Source: Phoronis australis (Eukaryota > Animalia > Phoronida). Taken from it: a DNA stretch of 64,000 bases. Every line of letters starts with the position of its first letter. The stretch's first letter is position 1. The stretch covers positions 247,733 through 311,732 of the forward strand of contig NMRA01000431.1 of NCBI GenBank assembly GCA_002633005.1. The letters run 5' to 3'. This document shows positions 49,250-60,800 of the stretch, in pieces. Made by a program: the position numbers and the translations under genes. The notes beneath the pieces were generated by a model. The model was not told the origin of the DNA, made no database searches, and saw only the letters and a list, made by a program, of their open reading frames with translations.

Positions 49250-52200
49250 CTGTAAAATAATGAAGCCCGTTAGTCACCTTGGCAGAGGTAACATATTCAA
49301 CAGCAAACAAAATCAAGATCATGGTGAGAACAGTGCCTGCAACATTAAATACATGGGCATCTTGAATGGCGCTGTGTACGTTCGGAATATGCGAGGATTT
49401 ATGGACTATAAGGGCAGCGCCCTCTTTGGTCCATTTGTGCAAAATATGTGTACAGTGATTCTTCACTTATTTAGCACACAATATGGCCGACAAGTGAAAT
49501 TCTATTTATACAAAACTAACTGCAAAAAGAAATATAGTCTATTCCTAGCCTGGTCTGTCCTGTGTTGATGGCATGAAACGGGATTTGGTGAAGTTTCCAT
49601 CATTCGTAGCAAAGTAATCGGTAAATGGAAAATGACAATTTTGACAATTATTTTTAAGCGAAAGAAGTGGAGAATTACCATACTTGTTGATGTGAATGTG
49701 AATATTCTTTCGTCCATGTCACATATTCATATCCAACAAGGAGAAGTCATAGGAAAAGCTCTGGTAGTGTCTGAGAAACAAGGATGGCTTCATTGTGCAT
49801 TCAAACAACGCCTTGCAGTTGTGCATTTTTCATGCGTGAAACAAGTTACTTCGTGCCTCAAAATTCTTACCACGAAGCTGAACCTATACATCCACTGCAA
49901 ACATTTACCACGCACCGAAATCTTACCACGGAACCTGAAATACAACTACACACACACCACGGAAAAATAAAGCAAGGCAGTGCGCTAACCGATCACCGAA
50001 GGCCACAGCCCTATAGTCTGGAAGATTTGCTATTTTGTCCTAAGTGAATGATATTTAGTTGCAAAGATTTATATACGACAATATTCGTGTTTATTATTTA
50101 ATAAATATCAATATTATTATTTAACTTAGAGGTACGCATTACGGTTGATTTTGGATTAGAAGCATTAAATTTTTTACACGCTGTTGTTGTCCAAACTATG
50201 CCAGAGTATCGGCACGCGATACGCGATGTATTGTTATTCTGCGACTCACGCAATGCATGAAAACTGAGTCGCGCACTTTGGTCACTTGCATTGAAAGTTG
50301 TCCGTGGTAAGTTTGCCTGCTATGTGGTTGGAGTTCGGGTTCGGCGGAGTATGCTGCCCGTGGTTAATGCTGCTCACCCGCTTGTTTTTACTCTTTGACT
50401 AGAACATATCTACCATTTTGAAAATACACTGGTGTTAATTTTCACCAATTAATCATTTTGTCTGAACAAACCTCGCATCTTCAGTTTTGGTACAAAGTCC
50501 TTCCAAAATGAACAATACTCGTGTCTGTAACCATAGCCGTGTGGCTTGTCGGGTTTTTCCAGGACTACATACTCTCTCTTCTCCGCTGAATATTTAGGCC
50601 AGGCTGGGGCCCCCGTTTGATACTCATTCTCATTGTGGTTGGGATCGCTGTAAGAGTACCGGAGATGTAGCACAACTTTACTCATAATGGCACATTGCTA
50701 CTTTCGATGGTGACCACAATACAGTATTGATTTCTGTTCTCTATTGATAAGGTAGCCAGTAAGTTAGTATACTACGCTCTTTTCTGACCAATATAATCAG
50801 TGCAGTTCATGTAGACTCCAGGGACCCCTAGTGTGTATTTTGTTCTCACTATGCAGTTTTTAGTGGATTTGCATTAGATCTGCAGACAAATGCTGACACA
50901 GTATATTATTCTACTCACCCAGTTTTGGCAAAGTTTCCCCAGTACCGCATCATCTCCATACTCAATTCCATTTCTTCCTTGGTGTACTCTCTGCTGTCAT
51001 TCAATGGCCAGCCAAACAGAAACTCTAGTTCATATCCGTGTAAAACACCCATCCACTTGGGCCAGTGGTTGTTGCTAGACCTTTGGTTAAAATGATACAT
51101 ATAAACATTTTGTCCCATTTCGGCGAACTTGTGCAGAAAATCGGCTACTGAGCACGTAAAGAGTAGATCACCGGACAAGTCGTCAAGAATATCCCTGTAG
51201 GACATGTTCAGTACGGTTCGTAATACACTGTTATTGTATTGAAAGACAATTGCATCTTTTATTACTTTATCACGTTTCCGTTGCAAATATGGGGCCACAA
51301 TTTTATCTATCGTCGTTGAAAACTCTTCTCCTGACATTGGTATTGGTGTGTCCAACTGATATGGAAATTCGGGCTTAAGGCCATAAACTAGCCAAAAATA
51401 TCCTTCGTCCGACACAGCTCCTCCTAATATATCGCATCTCTTTATATTACCCTTTTCAATGGTTTTAGTGGGATGTTCCGGTAGAAAATATCCGTCTACA
51501 ACAGCTGAAAATGGTGGATCAAAGTAATCGCTGCTAACGACATTCCACTGTTTATCTGTAATGCTTTTCGCATCTACCCGTTGAAGACATTTAATGGTGG
51601 CTTCTGACTTAAGGTCGCCACTGCATTGGACTTCTTCCGCCAGCATTTTAGAGCGCTTTAATGCCACTTCGTGGGTGTGTATGCCCCAATAGGAAGTTGC
51701 CGAACCACTCAAGATACTTGCCCTTGTAAACAGGTCTTTACTTTTCGGGGACAGCAGATGGAATCCTATACTCACTGCACCAGCACTTTCACCAAATATA
51801 GTAATCCGTGCTTTGTCACCACCAAACGATTCAATGTTATTGTGAATCCACTGCATAGACATCTGCTGATCAAGTAAGCCCATGTTACCTGGTGCAGCAC
51901 TGTCGTCGCCAGCGTACAAGAAACCAAGCGGACCCACTCTATAATTCATGGATACCACAACCACATCATTCAACGCTGCCAGATCTCCGCCGTTGTAAAC
52001 TTCTAGTGTTGACGATCCCGAAAAGAACCCCCCTCCGAATATCCAAACTAATACGGCTTTTTTGGAAGAAGAGCCGACGTTTGGAGTCCAAATATTTAAA
52101 TATAAACAATCTTCATTCATCTCCGTATTGGCGTTCCACATATCGACACCTGGGTGACGCTCAAATGACATGTCAATCATTTGGAAACAGGAGTTGGGAA

Positions 52201-52432
52201 GGGTTAATGTAGATTTGACATCATCCCACTTCTTTCGTTCCACTGGTCTTTGAAACCGCAAAGGCCCTGTAGGTGGCTCTGCAAACGGTATTCCAAGGAA
52301 TGTGTCGATGGTTTTGTTCAAGAAGGTAGCCTTCTGTCCTCGTACTTTTCCCGATTTTGTTTTAACCACGACATATTCTGCATTTATGACGGAAGTCGCT
52401 CCAAGAAAGAAGCACAACAACTCCACCAACAT
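49161..52432 (-). CDS. ACHE: acetylcholinesterase / cholinesterase, 3 coding exons, about 592 aa, GPI-type tail
   Basis: Exons 52432-50919, 50647-50472 and 49249-49161 join in frame (1779 nt). Features: signal peptide; choline-site Trp in DMWNANT; EDCLYLNIW; oxyanion hole WIFGGGF; catalytic GESAG, DEG and GVLHGYE; FAKTG|DPN; WPKY; C..FW; hydrophobic C-terminus. Confidence 0.93.
50472..50647 (-). CDS. ACHE: cholinesterase exon 2 (DPNH..WPKYS..YCSFWKDFVPKL)
   Basis: ctcttacag| acceptor completes G-D-P-N; donor GAG|GTTTGT; read-through stop at 50449. Confidence 0.9.
50919..52432 (-). CDS. ACHE: cholinesterase exon 1 (most of the catalytic domain)
   Basis: 505-aa ORF containing the complete Ser/Glu/His triad; donor GG|GTGAGT. 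Confidence 0.95.
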
Positions 52433-52554
52433 CTGAAAAATGCGAAATTAAAAAAAAAACAATAAAACGCTTTACCTATAAAGCTGCCCTTAACTACGTA
52501 CTCGTATAAAAATAACACTTTTGGTAGTAGTCAATGGTCCCTGAGCTGTTTTCT

Positions 52555-52740
52555 GAATACTTTCGTCTTGCAGTTTCATTTTAACTAGTTCCCTCATTCA
52601 TAGTAGTACGTTTTGTGAGTACTTTTGCCTTGCAGTTTTATTTAACTTGTTTCTCCACATGTATACGAATACGTTTTGTGAGTACTTTACCTTGCAGTTT
52701 TATTTTAACTTGTTCCCCCTAATTTATACTAGTACGTTTT
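52555..52740. repeat. diverged tandem repeat, about 60-bp unit x3
   Basis: GAGTACTTT..CCTTGCAGTTTTATTTTAACTTGTT... repeated. Confidence 0.7.
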
Positions 52741-53883
52741 AAATGTATAAAAGTTTCTGTGTTTAAGGTTACACATTTCCGTGTAACTTGCCAATGAATT
52801 TGGTGAAAAACGATAATAAGATTAAAATTAAGAGTTGGTGTACACTTCATCCTTAACGTTTCGTGCATTTTAATAGGCAAGTTTAACCAAAATTGCACAT
52901 AACGTTAAACAAATGAAACGAGCAAAATATGTTTACACAGAAGTAAAAAATAAAAAATTACAGTACCACTAAGTCGTACAATATAAAACTATTGCGAGTA
53001 CCTGGATCGTTTTGATGTTTTTACGAAACAAGTGACGAGTTTAGTTTTTCAAGCTATTTCAGCTGAACGAGCATGAAAAGGGATATTTTGTTAACAAAAA
53101 CATGCTCAAGTAGGAATTGTGAGGCAAATAGTGGGAACATAAGTTGTCACAGGTGGGGTAAGTTGCACTAGTTTAAATAGCGTTCACACAGCACTCAAAC
53201 CTAACAACAACCCTTTCCAGTAGTAACTTGCTCTAGGGTAAGTCTGTGTGGACGACACTAAAGAGTAGGACAAAAGTTGTCCTAAATTCTGGATTACTTT
53301 TCTCGTTGACTTTTGGTAGAGATACAAACCCAAATCACAACCAGGACACATCACAAAGCCATAGGAAGGCGCTAATTCAACACACAAATACACATTCTGA
53401 CCCACTCGTCCGCCAACAATTTCCTGGCCCCTGGCCTGCAATAGCTCTTCTCCGTGTTTAAAGTAGGAAATCATTTACCAAACCACTTTAGTTTTGAAAC
53501 AATTTAGTTGAGCCCCATGAAAATATAAATAATATGGAACACAGTGTTATGTTATTCCGTGTCCGCAGACACATGCGAGAGGTCAAACATTGAATATTGG
53601 TCAACATTTAACAGATTATTGGAATGTTTGGTCTATTGCAATGTTCCAATATTCCAATAGTATACAAAGATGATGTAAAAATTGCTTGAAAAGTTGAGTT
53701 TTGTGAAGTTAATGACGTGTTGGCACCTTTCACTTGTTCACACAGGTGGTGTTGTTCATGTCAAAATCTGTTCTTTAAAAGTTATTTTGATAACGAATTG
53801 TGTTTTAGAAGTGACCGGGTAAGTAAAATATACACCAAAATAACTGTCTGTGGTTTGATAAAGGCTAATGCAGTTCCATTTAA

Positions 53884-55540
53884 AGGAGCATGCCACCCAA
53901 AAAACAACCTAATTTGTATCAATTTAGATCGAGTAGTTCTACTCCATAACGACACGTACGGTTGCGTTATCTGACTCCTGACGACAGACGGAGGTGTTGA
54001 AATTATCCAATGACGTCATCGGTTTCACACGCAGTCTGTTCAGCAGTTCACAACACGGGTTACTGGTGTCAGCTTATCGCTTAAAGTCATCGTTTAACAC
54101 CAATAAATCATCAACCTTCGATGTAACACCCTTAAAAATACACCGAGTTCTTATAAAAACGTGTTGTTTTATTTTGCTCTTACGGATTTATTGGTATTTG
54201 GACACACCATAGCCTACAAAGTTCGGCAGGCCAATAAGGTCCGTAATCACTAGTAGCAGGAGTTTGGGGTCTGTTCGGAGATAATTTTCAAGTATTTTCC
54301 TTGAGATACAGACAGGAGAACCTAGATCTGTGTTGTTTAGACTTGCGATTTTTTGAGTTCTAAACACAAAGCGCTTGTTAGCTTGCCCAGTGGCTCGGAT
54401 CCCGATCATGCCCGTCGCGGCCGGCCAGTCAGTCGGAAACTGATCAGACATCACGAACATAAACCAGCCAAAGTTCAGTGGAAACTAAACTTCCAGCCAT
54501 GAAAATACTGTACTAGTGAGCCAAGGTAATGTGCATCTGATTATGTTGGTGAATTAGCCACGAAACTGCAAATCTATTTACTCGTCGGGGGCCGCGAATT
54601 GAGTTCCGCAGTTGGCCACAGCACCGTCAGGGCAGAAATTGTACATTGACAATCATTATTTGAGTAAAGTAAATGTAAATAAAGATTCCCCTAACACCTG
54701 GCCGTGGGATGGAAATCGAGTTGTTTCACAACAGTTTCTGTCAGCAAACACGAAATTAGCATGAGCTCACACGGCCTAGGTGTCCCGTCAATTAGTTTTA
54801 TTGCACCTAAAGCCGGGTAACGCAGTGATTTATTCATTGTTGGCTTTTCAAATCCTTTGCACTCACGAACACTCCAAAGGCTTTACAAATTGCATCTGAT
54901 GAGACAGACGTTGTTTAAGTATTGATTAGGGTGAGAATAATACATTTTGAAACAGAACGCTCAGTAATAAACGCCAACATGGCAACTCGCAATCCCGACT
55001 TAGGACGAGCTAGAGCTCATCAGTCCCGACTTCGCAAGTGGATCGTTAAGATTTACAGGCTATGAATTCGAACAGGAAAACAGTGATGAAGAAATACTAG
55101 ACAAGCGCCGTGAACAAGCTCAGACAACGGAACGCATGGAGTTATTTGGTAAGCCGGCATTCGTCAGGCACTGCGACGTCTCCAGACCACAGACACGGAG
55201 ATGTTTCACGGCCTCATACTTGCTATTTACAGCGTACATTTCATTCTTCACTCCCATGAGCCACTTCCTAAGCATTTCGGACTCTCGAGGAAGTAAAAAA
55301 AAAACGATACACCCGCTTTCCTCGCAGCTGCTTAGTTCAGACAAGCGGATATTATGCACCGCAACACAGCGGCATTCACTCTGCATATGAACCACTGACG
55401 TCGCTAGCGTCGTTTCTCACCTTCCTCATAGGTTAACGCGACACCTCTTGGCAAGGTAAGGTCGACCATATGCGAGGCGATGTGGATATAGACCGATTGA
55501 GACGGCAAAAAAGACTAATTAAATCGGATGGCATTCTCCT
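53884..55540 (+). mobile_element. non-autonomous Kolobok-like DNA transposon (copy 2)
   Basis: TTAA|AGGAGCATGCCACCC ... GGATGGCATTCTCCT|TTAA. Collinear with copy 1 except that it lacks 28143-28700. Confidence 0.85.
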
Positions 55541-55600
55541 TTAATAGCGTTGGTTTCATACATAGAGAATCCTATACGAGTCTCAGGTTTATGACATGGG

Positions 55601-55672
55601 CAAAACCTCATGGAAATTTCGTCAAAATCCCGAGACTTGCCGAGGGATTTTGACGAAATTTCAAAGAGGTTT
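55601..55672. repeat. imperfect palindrome next to Kolobok-like copy 2
   Basis: AAAACCTC..GAAATTTCGTCAAAATCCC / GGGATTTTGACGAAATTTC..GAGGTTTT. Confidence 0.75.
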
Positions 55673-56284
55673 TGTTTTCTCACATGAACCGTAAAAACGA
55701 TGGTTTATGCTGAAAAACTCGACGTGTCTAAAACTTTCAACCACACCACGTAACTTTTGTAAAAACACGCTTGCCCAATGTAAAGTATTTCAGTTACTTT
55801 TCGTTAATAGTTTTATTTTAAGCTTAACAATTGTAAATTGCATTCATGTTTCGTAGCAAATATTCAAGTTAGAATCTAATAAATAGTCTTCGAAGTTGTA
55901 ATATTAAAACTTAAAAAATGTTTATAAATAATAGTCAGCAAAGCGCGTGAGCACTGAATTGACCTTGAGACAGCACAGCTAGGCAGTTTCGCCGCGTTTC
56001 TTCAGTTGGGGCTCGTCTCCGTTTGAATGAATGTGGATATGGAAGTTGTTTGCATGTCCTTACGACTGGGAGTACGTACAGTTGCGACTTTCGATTTGTC
56101 AATCATAACCTTGTCACCTTCTCGGAACTCCGGCATTGTTTGGTTGGCGCGCGTTTGGTTGTTTTAGTGTTTTGCAGACGATAAAATGTAAGGCGTGTGG
56201 ATTTTTACTTTGCACTACTTTGTGATTTGCCCATGTAACATCAAAAAAATTACGTACTCGGTTGTTAACCAGTCGTGTCGTAAC

Positions 56285-56556
56285 CAGTGTCGGATTTGGG
56301 GGAGGGGGGGGTAAGGGGGCCATAGCCCCCCTAAAATTCNGCGCTCACCCAGGGGGTTCGGGGGGGGGGGGCAATGCACAATGCACAAGCCTTGAACAAA
56401 CCCGTTCACCGTTTTTTTTTAGTAATAAGGACCACAAACCCTAAAATTCGAGACCCCCGCATCCCTACATTTTAGGCTGGGCGCGGGCATGTGGCGAAAT
56501 TCTGGTTATTCCTGTGCCATGGTCCCCCCTAACTCAAAATCATGGATCCGCATCTG
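56285..56556. mobile_element. GC-rich MITE, CA..TG ends, 5-bp TSD GTAAC
   Basis: GTAAC|CAGTGTCGGAT ... ATCCGCATCTG|GTAAC. Confidence 0.65.
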
Positions 56557-57652
56557 GTAACACATTCCAGGTCATGTGAGAGGAATACCTAAGCCACTTT
56601 AGAAGTCATATCAAACAATCAACATTCATCACGTTATGCACATGCTGATACAAATTGGAATTGTTGCGGAAAACAATAAATATGTCATACGTGAAGGCAG
56701 TCCTCTTTCCTGTTGTGTCCGTTTACCCAGTATTTTATGTTATTCAGATTTATTATTGAATGTGGTTTTCAGTAACTCGGACCAAAAACAATGCAGTTGA
56801 GGTTACGCTGCTCACATACAGGTTCAAGACGCTCTTTGGAATTCATTTTTATTAAAACTAATACAAAAGAATTTTAGCGCAAACCAGTTTTATTTAAACA
56901 TATTCTCAAATGATGCCCTTTCAGCATATCATTTTTTTAAATATACAAAGCATGTAATACCGACTTTGCTAATTTTGGGCTACCCATGACTACTTAAATG
57001 TTCAGCAAATTTTGTTATTTTTCCACACTCCTCCGTGGAAACACGGCGAAAAATGCTCTGGTGCATATGTTTTGCATGGAAACACGCTTTTTCACGATCA
57101 GATTTATGATCTACGATTTTAACAACTTGGACTTGACTGTTTCAGCTATACTTTTAAGTATAAGAGCAAAAGATTTCTTACTCTAGTACCCGCGTAGATA
57201 TACAATCAGCATCTCTCCAGGGGTTCTAGAAATGGATTTCTCATTGTATGATTGGTTAAATTAGAACGCAGATCCAGAGGCATTCCTGACCAGGTTTAAA
57301 CCTATGTCCTGGTGATAAAAAGTGTGACTTTTTCAGAAAGTTGTGCCCAGCAGCCAGACCTGATGCAATTAAATTGGTAACATATGAAACATAAAGCCCA
57401 AGGGCAATCAAAACAAGAACAGTCATGTTTTACCCAACTGTCAGTAATTTGACTAGAATTGTGTATTTTTGGAGAAGTGTTGCGTTTTAAAAGATGGGTC
57501 CAGGGAACGCACTTCTGCAATGTACGGGTGCCTTTTTATTTTTTTATGCGCTAATGGCGCAAAGGCACAGTCCAGGAATATCTTGTGTACCCACTAACTA
57601 AAAGGACAATAGTGACAAAGTCTTAAGAACAAGTGTGTCTTCGTGGATTTTC

Positions 57653-57819
57653 TGATTAAGACCTTTTAGAAAGAAAACTCTGCTGCCTCAAATGATTAAG
57701 ACCTTTTAGAAAGAAAACTCTGCTGCCTCAAATGATTAAGACCTTTTAGAAAGAAAACTCTGCTGCCTCAAATGATTAAGACCTTTTAGAAAGAAAACTC
57801 TGCTGCCTCAAATGATTAA
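57653..57819. repeat. minisatellite, 40-bp unit x4
   Basis: TGATTAAGACCTTTTAGAAAGAAAACTCTGCTGCCTCAAA repeated. Confidence 0.93.
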
Positions 57820-60800
57820 TTCAACATTTCCCGAAGAAGGTCTGTTACTTCAGTGTTCGAGAAACCAGTGTTACCATGACAGGACAGTGACTACCTCTCA
57901 TGAGAAATTGTTAAATAGTGTAAGTGTATGAGTGGACTCTTCTCTCAGTTGTTGTGGACGGTCAACGGGCGTGAACGGCGCCAGAACCATCTGACGCAAA
58001 GCCCCGGCTGACAGACCAGAGATTCACGAGACCGATCATTGTAGTGAATGAGCCAACAGAAGTGTTATATTTCTTCCACGATCTCTGAAGTTATGGCCGA
58101 CTAACTTGAGAAAACGGAGTGCACAATGTAGTATCGATTTGGTGTTGACAATAAATTTTTACTAGGTGACTTTTGACCGAGGAGCGTTGATACAAGTTAA
58201 AATATTTAGCTCATAATTTACATCTCGTCACAATCGACTTGCCGGCTTCGCCGTCTTGTATTTGTCCATGTTTACTTCAAAACACGTGGCTGAAAGAATT
58301 CCGAGATCAGGGACACGTAGACTATTTATGTGCGATTATTGTACTTCGAGTGTTGCGTTCACTTGCATTTACTCTGTTTAACAGTTTAATCAGGCGTGGA
58401 TCATTCAGAGCCGAATCACTGTATTTTGTTAAGTCTAACAAACAAAAGAGTCGAGCACGCCGTCTTGAGAATATCCAGTTCACACACGGCTGTGTATTCA
58501 CTACTTGCACGAACTGTTCTGTTTAAATTACAATGGTTCTGCTTGTTTGGAGCACGCGCTCTTTCACGTTTGCGTTGTTCAAATTAATGCTAAAACGAGA
58601 AACTGTGTCCTAAACAACAATGCGCAACAATCGTTTTTTGCAGCGCCACCGAAGTGTGCAAGTAGTAATAACATGATATGATTGTGTCAAAATTTGCATA
58701 TTCTGTGGATTATCACATCACAGATGTATTACACGTAGATACAGTGGAACTACGACACAGCCATTCAGGCATCTGCACAAATGTAGGCTTTAGAACTGCT
58801 GGGCTAGACAGAATTTCAAATCCAATCATTATTTTAACATTTTCAGTTATTTTCTTACCATAGATAATCTGAAAAGTCGTAATTCAAATTCAGGCCCATG
58901 GGTTCAGTCGAAGTGATGAATCTTCGGCCGGAGTCACCGCCCTCGGAGAAGTGAATCTTAGGAGTAATGCCTGTCTGTATAACGGTGGTTGCTTAGTCAT
59001 ACTTGGGCCAAAAGCGTGCAGTAGTGGACTTGTGCGCTCGTGATGGCGCGCTCGAGTGATAGGGGTAGTTTTCCGACATACCGTCTACACGTCACCAAGT
59101 TAACTGTGACATTACAGGATGTGCGCGAGCCGACGACCGTCCCACGATGCATTTGAAAAACGACAGTCGCCGTTAATTGAGGAAGTTTTGCTTAGATTGA
59201 ATTCCCAAACTGGTCAAATTTTAATGCAGGGATCAAAACGTGGGCCCTGGGGTCTCCCGAGTGTACTCTATGATGCGAGACAGGCTATTTGTGATGTGAT
59301 TGTTTCTTCATGTAACTGAGTTAGTCCTGTATTACCCGTCTCCGAGGTCCCTACTTTTTGCTTATTCCATCTATTGGCGTGCGAAGGTACGACGTTGTCA
59401 AAAGTACATATGTCGACTTTGGTTGGTTATCTACACAACGGTCGTTTTTATCAAAGCAGTTGCTTTTACTAGAGTGACGCTCTTATAATGAAGTGCGTCC
59501 ATTGCTGTGATTATGGGTGGCAATACCGGACGTCAGCGATAACTCTTGCATTCATACAATATATAATTTTCACAAATATGGTCAATGGAGCTCACCTAGA
59601 ATGTCCCGACATCCACCGGTATATTCAGGGGTGGCACTATGGCAACAGCCATTTTCCGATAAAGCCGTGACATTGAATACTTCTTGTCGCTAGATGGCGA
59701 TCGAGTAGTTAGTGCACAGTGTTCTTGAACGGAGATTTAATCCAAGGGGATTTCTCAACGTTTTTTTTTAAATAAACCACCTTACGTGGAGAAAGTAGAT
59801 ACCGGATTAACCAGCTCAACATGGGAACCATCAGCAGTGTGACTCTTTCTTGGCTGCTGCAGAGAAGGACTGAGCACCTGTGGACCTGTCCAATGTGCAG
59901 TGATGTCTGTCCCTGAGACAATGACAATGACACTTTTTTTAAATAAGTTCATGCGACCATCATGCCTCACATTACCACTGTAGTGGGGTCGGACACTCAA
60001 ATAATGCCCAACGTCTCAAAATGTTCGTGAATGAAAAAAAGAGTATCGTCACAGAATTTAAAGTTGGTTCAAGCGACAGTCGTTTTTTATGCTCCCACAA
60101 CGCTAAAAGTTACATTTCTAACGTTCATTCCTTGCCACGGAGCGGAACCCTTTTCACTCGCAAAGTTACATTTCTAATACTCGTTCTTTGCCACGGAGCG
60201 GAACCCTTTTCACTCTCAATAAAACATTTATCATCTACCGGAACTCAACGATCGATGCACGGAACCTGAACTACAACTGCGCACAACAGGGCTTTCAGTC
60301 ATTATTAAAACATGTGCGTGGTAAGATTCTTGGTGTGGTAAATGAAATTGCTAGGCGGGATATAAGTTGTGTGGAGAGTTTTCAGAGTCCTATCCTCGCC
60401 GTAAGGGTCCGATTACCTCCCCTGATGGCGGCACTCAAAATGAATGAATGGTGAATTCTCTCCTGCAGCACCGACGCCGTATATAAAAATTACGTTTGTG
60501 CACAATTATTATTGTCAAAAATTTAAGAAGAATAGAAAAGTAATGCAGCTAGCGTATAACTGCATTTGCATGATTGCCAATTCAAACATACACCAATACC
60601 TATAAAAACATACGCAGCATCATGCAATCCAGTAGGCCTATAACAGCGGCACATATTTAGTCAGCAACCGCTGCTGTCCAGCTTTTAATGAAGTTGCATC
60701 AAAATAGCCCATTTCGCATCGCCCCGTTACACGCGCTGTGTTTACCTTTCTTGTGTTTTGTCACTAATGGATGGAGACCTGGTTGCTGTACATCCACCTG

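Noticed and set aside
465-57819. Short direct-repeat arrays as possible CRISPR arrays
   Set aside because: Units are head-to-tail with no unique spacers, there are no cas genes, and the context is eukaryotic.
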